From assembly GCA_016839765.1 (NCBI GenBank), contig JAEOTP010000016.1, forward strand, positions 4,027 to 68,026: a stretch of 64,000 bases of DNA, written 5' to 3'. Positions 58,034-64,000 of this stretch are shown one piece after another. The notes below the pieces were generated by a model, which had not been told where the DNA came from, searched no databases, and saw only the letters and a list, made by a program, of their open reading frames with translations. Position 1 is the first letter of the stretch; each line of letters opens with the position of its first letter. Source of the stretch: Promethearchaeota archaeon (GTDB lineage Archaea; Asgardarchaeota; Lokiarchaeia; Sigyniarchaeales; SOKP01). Both the position numbers and the translations under genes were made by a program.

Positions 58034-58137
58034 GGGAGGGTGGTCTAGCTTGGTATGATACATTAGCTTGGTTCTTTCAAACTAAATCTAATCGGCTGGG
58101 GGCCGAGTGGTCGGGGGTTCAATTCCCCCCTCTCCCA
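58034..58137 (+). tRNA. tRNA-Pro(GGG) with a non-canonical intron at 27/28
   Basis: Acceptor GGGAGGG/CTCTCCC, D-arm GTCT-AGCTTGGTA-TGAT, T-arm GGGGG-TTCAATT-CCCCC and discriminator A58137. Removing 58062-58091 gives anticodon arm CTCGG-CTGGGGG-CCGAG. CCA is not encoded. Confidence 0.9.
58062..58091 (+). other. tRNA-Pro intron (27/28), 30 nt, relaxed BHB
   Basis: Stem TTAGCTTGG/TCAAACTAA (8 of 9 pairs), central TGAT/ATCT (3 pairs + U-U) and bulges AC^A and AA^T. Confidence 0.8.
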
Positions 58138-58261
58138 TCAACTTTTTTTAAAATATTTTTCTATAAATAACAATTATTAAATTATCGATTGGTGTAACTT
58201 TTTAAGTATCATTATGTTATTTTTTAATTAAAAACCATTTTTATAAGAGAGTGATTCTAAC

Positions 58262-58567
58262 ATGAGTGAAATTCAAGAAACAGATAAAGCTATGCGAGTT
58301 TTCGCAGTTATTGGGGGAATTGTTTCTATTATAGAAACTATCTTAATAATGACCGGAACAGCGATATTGCCTTACGCGGGAATATGGGGGATTTGGGTGT
58401 TGATCTTATCGCTATTGGTTTCAGTTTTAGTGATTGGATTAGGGATTAGGCCAATTCATTATACTCCAACATTTCTAGGAATCTTAGGAGTAGGCTTAAT
58501 TGTCTGTGCTGTTTTGATTGGGGGGATTATAGTACTTTTAGCCACACTTATTGGAGCCATTAGTTAG
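58262..58567 (+). CDS. Small multi-pass membrane protein
   Basis: 101 aa, almost entirely hydrophobic helices. Confidence 0.7.
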   Translation: MSEIQETDKAMRVFAVIGGIVSIIETILIMTGTAILPYAGIWGIWVLILSLLVSVLVIGLGIRPIHYTPTFLGILGVGLIVCAVLIGGIIVLLATLIGAIS

Positions 58568-58593
58568 TATTTCAAATTATATTTTTTCCTTTT

Positions 58594-59457
58594 TTATTGA
58601 TTTAAGTTTACTAGTGCTAGGCTGAGTATTAAAGCACCTTCTATTTCAGATGTTTTACCTACTCTTGATGTATCTATGATTGTAGAATCTAAACCCACAT
58701 AAATAGCTCCATATGCTTTACCACCACCTAAATGAACTAAGGTACGATAGATTAAGTTTCCAGAAATACCGTCTGGAGCAATGATTAAATTTGATTTATT
58801 TTTAAGGCTGGCTTCGATTAATATTTCATCATGTTTAATATTCAATTTAGGATATTTATCCTTAAGATGGTTTACTATTTGTTTAGCTATAGTAATAGTT
58901 TTATCCACATATACATCACGGCCAATATCACCAAGCCTACCTCCACTCAAAATACTTATTCCTGGCTCAATGTCTAAAGATTGAAATAGGATAATCGCAT
59001 TTTCAATAAAATGAATTTTTTTTTGATAATCATTGCACTCATCAATGCCAACAGGTCCAAAAAAGAATTGTTTTCCATCAAAAGACTCAAGTAAAGCTAA
59101 ACGGTTTATTTCTGAAATGTTTAATTTGTGCTTTAAATGCATTAAAAATTTACTAGAACTCAAATTTCCCCTTATTATAGCATTTATGATATTTTCTTTT
59201 AAATAATATATAATTTCTTCTTCTGGCTCACTACTTTCGATTAATTCAATATTATTTTTAGAAGTGCTTGAATTGTTTAATATTTGTGATACTGCTTTTG
59301 GTTCACCAAAAAAATAGATTTTCGATGAATTTTTCTTTAAAAAATATTGAGTTGTTTTAAAAACTTTTAAATTTTGAGATTGCTCACTTCCAAGACCAAT
59401 TCCAATATTAGCAATTTTTCCTTTGGCTAATGATTCAAAAAAATTTAAAATATTCAT
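58594..59457 (-). CDS. mtxX: MtxX / methanogenesis marker 4 family (phosphotransacetylase-like fold)
   Basis: IRGNLSS, RLALLE, FFFGPVGIDE, LSGGRLGD.GR, ILIE, APDGISGNLIYRTL.HLGGG..YGA and IDTSR. Confidence 0.82.
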   Translation of the reverse strand: MNILNFFESLAKGKIANIGIGLGSEQSQNLKVFKTTQYFLKKNSSKIYFFGEPKAVSQILNNSSTSKNNIELIESSEPEEEIIYYLKENIINAIIRGNLSSSKFLMHLKHKLNISEINRLALLESFDGKQFFFGPVGIDECNDYQKKIHFIENAIILFQSLDIEPGISILSGGRLGDIGRDVYVDKTITIAKQIVNHLKDKYPKLNIKHDEILIEASLKNKSNLIIAPDGISGNLIYRTLVHLGGGKAYGAIYVGLDSTIIDTSRVGKTSEIEGALILSLALVNLNQ

Positions 59458-59477
59458 AAAACACTAAAATATGCAAT

Positions 59478-60560
59478 TTAAATAAGACTAAAATAGATAT
59501 AAGCTATAATTATCGTTATTGCATTATAAAAACCATGCATAATAATAACAGCAATAAGATTTTCTTTTCTCCAATAAAATAAAAATCCCAACAATAGGGA
59601 TAATGCAAAGTATGGGAAAAAGTTTAGTAAAAAAGAAAGTAGATAATCTATTGGAGTAGCATTTCCTATTTGGAAAATTCCTATTAAATGGATTAAGGAG
59701 AAGAGTACTGCTGTGATAATAAGCCCTCCGTATTTTCCAACAGTCCTTACTAAACCTTTTTGCATGAATCCTCTAAATAACAATTCTTCTGAAGTACCGA
59801 CGATTGATATCATAATAATAGCCAGAAATATCAGAGCTAAAATGTCAGAATTAGCAAGAATTATATCTATTTCATTTAATGATCCACCTCCCGTAAATAC
59901 AATATCCACACCAAGAATTAATTCCAAAATAATTTCAATAAGGAATGACACTAAAAACACTAAAATTATTCCCAAAACTGCAAATCCTAAACCAATAAAG
60001 ACTTCTTTTATAGGTTTAAAATTATCATTGCCCTTTAGGGTGAATCCTAATAAAGTTAAACGATTATTGAATTTAGGATTTTGAAGATACTTTCCAACAT
60101 AGTAAACTGGAACTAATATAAATATTAATTCAGTAAACGAAAGTATAGCAACAAAATATGGATTAAACATCAAGGCCGTAAGCTCTTCCAAATTCGATAC
60201 AAATGGAAGAAAAAATGACGTTATTATAGTTGTTAAAGAAATCATTAAAATAAAAGCAAGTATAGGAATACCTATTGAGTAAAAGCTACCCCACAATTGT
60301 TTTTCTCCAAGATTTAGAATATCCTCATCTGCAATTTTTTTTTGATCCCATTCAGATCTATATGGATAAATGCCTAGATCTGGAGGTGATGATTGATGTG
60401 AAATAACATTGCTTTTAATATACTCTAAGTCTACTCCACATTTAATACAAAATTTTTGTCTATCTATTTCTGGAAGTTTAAATCCACATGAAGGACAGAA
60501 TGTCCAAACTTTTTTACTTAGAAATATATTTTCCTTGTGTTCTTCTTCATTCATATTCAT
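59478..60560 (-). CDS. Zinc-ribbon + CPBP intramembrane protease
   Basis: CPSCG...FCIKCG, then TM helices with SEELLFRG, FSLIH and IMHG.YN. Confidence 0.85.
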   Translation of the reverse strand: MNMNEEEHKENIFLSKKVWTFCPSCGFKLPEIDRQKFCIKCGVDLEYIKSNVISHQSSPPDLGIYPYRSEWDQKKIADEDILNLGEKQLWGSFYSIGIPILAFILMISLTTIITSFFLPFVSNLEELTALMFNPYFVAILSFTELIFILVPVYYVGKYLQNPKFNNRLTLLGFTLKGNDNFKPIKEVFIGLGFAVLGIILVFLVSFLIEIILELILGVDIVFTGGGSLNEIDIILANSDILALIFLAIIMISIVGTSEELLFRGFMQKGLVRTVGKYGGLIITAVLFSLIHLIGIFQIGNATPIDYLLSFLLNFFPYFALSLLLGFLFYWRKENLIAVIIMHGFYNAITIIIAYIYFSLI

Positions 60561-60648
60561 TTTTATATTATGAATTCACCTAATAATAATTATTTGTTCT
60601 AAATTAAAAATTGATTTGAAATGACAACTAAACAAATAGAACCCGTTT

Positions 60649-62409
60649 TTAATGTGTAAAATAGCAAAATAATTCATTATTATCTCTTTCAATTGGATTA
60701 ACAAATCCATATCTTTCAAACTGCACAGGTTTATTTAAGGGAATGCTTACAAGATTTACTTCCCCAAATCCCTTCGAAATAGTACCGTCTGGTTTTAAAA
60801 TTGATATATTTATATATTCATCTTTAGGAACCCAGTGGATTATTGTAAAATCTCTATTTAATTCTAAACTATAATATTTTGCTTTTACTTTCTTATTCTT
60901 TAAATCCAAAGAATCAATTTCAATGTTTAATAAATCTTTTAGCCGAATAATATCTTTGGATTTCAGCTTTTCAGCATCTCTCTCTGAGATGAAAATGTAT
61001 ATCTTTCCATTTTTTGCTTTTCCTTTTATTTTTCTATTTCCTTTATCAGGATTTGATGGTAATAATAAAGGTTCTGCGCAATATTCTAAGAAAGGAATTT
61101 TTGAAATTTCAATTAATATTGGGTTTTCTACATAAAAATATCTATCTGAAATTTCATCGATTATAGCTTTGTTTTTTGAATATAACCAATCCTCATCAAA
61201 CGTGATACCTGAAAGTGACATTCCAAGATCATATAAAGCTTCTCGTAATGCTTTTGGTTTTATTCCTCTTTTTGCCAAGGATTGTAGACTCCAGGTTCTT
61301 GGATCTTCCCACCCTTCATATTTACCATTTTGTATATTATTTCTTGCTTCTGTTTTACTTAATTTCATATTTGGAAATTTTATTCTTCCATAATGCAAAA
61401 ATTCCGCTTTTTGCCAATTAAAATGATCCCAAATAAAATCTTCAATAAAATCTTCTTTAACTAAATCTATCCCTCTGAGAATGTGCGATACACCAATTAA
61501 ATGGTCATCAATCGCCCAAGAAAATTCCAGCATTGGCCAAACAATGTATTTTTTTCCTGTTCGAGGATGTTCTGCTTCAGAAATCCTCATAATAATTTGA
61601 TCTCTTAAAGCAGGGTCCTTTTGGTCCATACCAGTTTTTAATCTCACTACAGCCTCACCCTCGCTATACTTTTTATGGAGCATATTATTCCATTCCTCTA
61701 GGTTCTTTTCAATAGATTGATCCCTGTGAGGACAATTTCTTTGGTGTTTTTTGTATTTTTCTCTAAATATGTCAGCAGGGCAAAAGCAAACGTATGCGAT
61801 ATTATCATTTAATAGCTTTTCGCAGTATTCATAAAAAATCTCTAATCTTTCACTTTTATAATAAACTTTTGAATATTTAACTCCCAACCAGTTTAATCCT
61901 TCTTCTATTAGCTCATAAGCTTCAAGAATTACATATTTTGCCTTAGGGCTGTCCCTCAATGATTGTGGACTTCCTATTGTATCATCAAAAAATAGAATCA
62001 ACTTCCCGTTGTATCTCCTTACATATTCATCATTTAATATAACCATTCTAGCATTTCCAATGTGTAGCGCACCACTAGGATAAGGTGCTAACCGCATTAC
62101 AATTTTTTTAAAATTAGTAATATTTTGTAAATCTGGTAAAATTTTTTCCTCCTCTTTCGATTCTTTTTTATCTAATGCATGCGGATCTAGTTGTAATAGC
62201 TTTTCTTTTTGTTGCTCGATACTTAATTTTGAGATTTCTTGGATAATATCATCTAAGAGCGGATTTATTTCTTTCGTTTGGGATCTTAAATCTGGTCTTT
62301 GTGCCATTAACTTTCCCATTACTGCCTTTTTATTAGGTTTACCTTGAAATTCAATGGCATTTTTAAGGCCACTTATCCATAATATTTCTTTGATTTCTTT
62401 CTCATTCAT
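60649..62409 (-). CDS. gltX: Glutamate--tRNA ligase (archaeal type)
   Basis: RLAPYPSG.LHIGN, DDT, RLKT, DPALRD..MRI, SHILRG.D and KLSK. Confidence 0.95.
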   Translation of the reverse strand: MNEKEIKEILWISGLKNAIEFQGKPNKKAVMGKLMAQRPDLRSQTKEINPLLDDIIQEISKLSIEQQKEKLLQLDPHALDKKESKEEEKILPDLQNITNFKKIVMRLAPYPSGALHIGNARMVILNDEYVRRYNGKLILFFDDTIGSPQSLRDSPKAKYVILEAYELIEEGLNWLGVKYSKVYYKSERLEIFYEYCEKLLNDNIAYVCFCPADIFREKYKKHQRNCPHRDQSIEKNLEEWNNMLHKKYSEGEAVVRLKTGMDQKDPALRDQIIMRISEAEHPRTGKKYIVWPMLEFSWAIDDHLIGVSHILRGIDLVKEDFIEDFIWDHFNWQKAEFLHYGRIKFPNMKLSKTEARNNIQNGKYEGWEDPRTWSLQSLAKRGIKPKALREALYDLGMSLSGITFDEDWLYSKNKAIIDEISDRYFYVENPILIEISKIPFLEYCAEPLLLPSNPDKGNRKIKGKAKNGKIYIFISERDAEKLKSKDIIRLKDLLNIEIDSLDLKNKKVKAKYYSLELNRDFTIIHWVPKDEYINISILKPDGTISKGFGEVNLVSIPLNKPVQFERYGFVNPIERDNNELFCYFTH

Positions 62410-62550
62410 ATATCAGAATCAACAAAATGGAGGGATGATCTACTAAATCTTAATTTTATTAATAATATATAGTTTTCAAAAAGATAATTTTTTTAGCAAT
62501 TCTTAAATAACAATAATGGTAATAGTCATCTAAAAAGTAGAAGTAAAAAA

Positions 62551-62835
62551 ATGTTTTATCGGGGATATATACTAATAAGACTTAAAACCATAGGTGCCGA
62601 ATGGAAAGTCGTTGAGAAGCTTTCAAGTCTCAAATCAACTGAATCCGAAGAAAATTGGCAAGTGACTTATGTTACACCTGTTTATGGAGGGTGGGATCTT
62701 GTTGTTGAATGCTCATTCACTAAATTACAAGAGTTAGATAAAATTGTGGCTTATATGCGGGTAGATGATCAATTATCTCAGTGGATTGAAGAAACGACTA
62801 CATTAGTATCAAGTAAACCAGATTATTTTGGGTAA
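62551..62835 (+). CDS. Stand-alone Lrp/AsnC-type ligand-binding (RAM) domain protein
   Basis: GYILI.......W.VV..L, VYGGWDLVVE, ELDKIV...R and IEETTTL. Confidence 0.6.
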   Translation: MFYRGYILIRLKTIGAEWKVVEKLSSLKSTESEENWQVTYVTPVYGGWDLVVECSFTKLQELDKIVAYMRVDDQLSQWIEETTTLVSSKPDYFG

Positions 62836-62840
62836 TTTAA

Positions 62841-63512
62841 TCACCTAAATTCATTGATTTCTTTATCTATAATATGTTTTATTACATTTTCAAAAAGGCT
62901 TAAACCCATATGTTTATAACCCTCTACTGAAAAATGTATTCCATCTCCTGTTGTAAATTCTGGTTTTAAGTAATTTTCCTCGTCTTTCATATAAGAATAA
63001 TCAGTAAAAGGAATATTATTTTTTATGAAAAATTCTTTTAATTCTTCATTAAAATCAGATTGAATTATATCATATCTTTGACTTGAAGCTCTTTTAGTTA
63101 TTGGGGGGATCAATCCTCCAATAGAGAATATTTTGTTATCTTTTGAGATTCTATGAAGATCCATTATGTTTTTAAGTATTTTCTGAGTAGAACTGCTCCA
63201 ACCCAAATCATTCGTTCCAATTATTATGATTGAATAATTTGGTTTTGGATTATATGCTATTAAATCATCAATTCTGTATAACAAGCCAGTGGAAGTATCT
63301 CCAGGTATCCCTTTATTTACAAAAATTATCTCTTTTGAGATAGATACCTTTTCTTTATTTATTTTTTTTTCAATATATTCATCGCAGTATTCTTTTAACC
63401 AATATTCATATTGAGACTGAATATTTCCATTTCCCCTTGAAATTCCATCTGAATGGGGATAATATCCAGGCCAACCAGCTGTTAATGAATTACCAAAGCA
63501 TAAAAAAATCAT
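62841..63512 (-). CDS. SGNH/GDSL hydrolase
   Basis: FGNSLTAG, NKGIPGDTS, IGTND and DGIHFS.EGY. Confidence 0.9.
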   Translation of the reverse strand: MIFLCFGNSLTAGWPGYYPHSDGISRGNGNIQSQYEYWLKEYCDEYIEKKINKEKVSISKEIIFVNKGIPGDTSTGLLYRIDDLIAYNPKPNYSIIIIGTNDLGWSSSTQKILKNIMDLHRISKDNKIFSIGGLIPPITKRASSQRYDIIQSDFNEELKEFFIKNNIPFTDYSYMKDEENYLKPEFTTGDGIHFSVEGYKHMGLSLFENVIKHIIDKEINEFR

Positions 63513-63517
63513 TTAAA

Positions 63518-64000
63518 CTACTTCTGAACTATATTTAATAATAGCATTATATCCTGAAGACTTACTTTTGATAAATTTTTTACAATAAGATCAGCATTAA
63601 GGAGTTCATTTTTTCTATGAGTGGTAGTAAGAGCAATTGATTTCATTCCCGCCCGATTTGCGGCCTCAATGCCTACTGGAGCGTCTTCTATAACAAGACA
63701 ATTTTTAGGTTCTGTTTTCAATTTTTTAGCAGAGATTAAAAAGACATCTGGTGATGGTTTTCCATTTTTAACTTCGGCAGCGGTAATTAATACATCAAAA
63801 TCTTCTTTTAATTGTAAAGTATTAATTAATAATTCCACATTTTCACGAGGTCCACTTGAACCAACTGCCAATTTGAAACCATACGATTTAAGTTCTTGGA
63901 TGATTCGTTTCACTCCAGGCAATGGTTTTAATTTATCTTTTACCATTTCTCTATAATATTGTTCTTTTAGAGCTGCCCATTTTTCGACGAGTTCTTGGTC
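63518..64000 (-). CDS. HAD-superfamily phosphatase (beta-PGM-like), 5'-truncated by the window edge
   Basis: PLPGV, AVGSS, GKPSPDVFL and VIEDAPVGIEAA.RAGM. The frame stays open to 64000 (DQELVEKWAALKEQYYREM). Confidence 0.9.
   Translation of the reverse strand, partial: DQELVEKWAALKEQYYREMVKDKLKPLPGVKRIIQELKSYGFKLAVGSSGPRENVELLINTLQLKEDFDVLITAAEVKNGKPSPDVFLISAKKLKTEPKNCLVIEDAPVGIEAANRAGMKSIALTTTHRKNELLNADLIVKNLSKVSLQDIMLLLNIVQK

Noticed and set aside
15952-60560. The two CPBP proteases plus prenyltransferase-like domains as a eukaryote-like CAAX prenylation pathway
   Set aside because: The genes are unlinked, CPBP proteases are widespread in prokaryotes, no prenyltransferase alpha subunit or CAAX-ending substrate was seen, and catalytic residues were not confirmed.
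61930-61975. Extra residues in GluRS (SPQSLRDSPKAK) with a small AGGG/CCCT hairpin as a hidden in-frame intron
   Set aside because: No 4-bp central helix with two 3-nt bulges could be built; it is treated as a coding insertion.
38-63956. Short antisense or alternate-frame ORFs in the ORF track (e.g. 38-241, 4693-5076, 8591-8992, 12653-13030, 34321-34740, 59713-60084, 63621-63956)
   Set aside because: They lie wholly within well-supported genes, have Ser/Ile/Phe-rich shadow composition and show no family motifs.
1-64000. CRISPR arrays, IS elements, integrases, prophage or rRNA
   Set aside because: I saw no regularly spaced direct repeats, transposase or integrase motifs, or long GC-rich structural RNA blocks by eye.

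Overview
This is an AT-rich archaeal window of about 56 protein genes and 2 tRNAs, most consistent with an Asgard archaeon of the Lokiarchaeia/Promethearchaeota type. Supporting features are longin and roadblock proteins, Loki-CTERM-like tails, an HMf histone, rpS8e, SRP19, proteasome beta and an archaeal GluRS. I saw no CRISPR array, transposase, integrase or rRNA. The main discovery is a protein-coding gene, a CCG-domain HdrD/GlcF-like Fe-S subunit on the minus strand with a true start at 13414. It is interrupted by two back-to-back bulge-helix-bulge (BHB) introns of 30 and 31 nt (13361-13332 and 13331-13301). Removing both restores the reading frame and the first CxxCxxC motif. Their geometry matches three non-canonical tRNA introns in the same window (tRNA-His 32/33 and 45/46, tRNA-Pro 27/28), which points to tRNA-endonuclease-type splicing of mRNA and a mobile 30-31 nt intron class. 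The second highlight is a six-gene ABC-2 operon whose subunits carry eukaryote-signature-like modules: a prenyltransferase-beta-repeat ectodomain fused through a TM helix to an ABC ATPase, an RWD/UBC-like pseudo-ATPase and a longin-TM protein. Other notable items are a 1468-aa tail-anchored prenyltransferase-repeat/PCI/coiled-coil protein, a C13 peptidase with an inserted domain, two methanogenesis-marker homologues and probable ATA start codons. All family assignments come from motif recognition by eye; no database searches were run.
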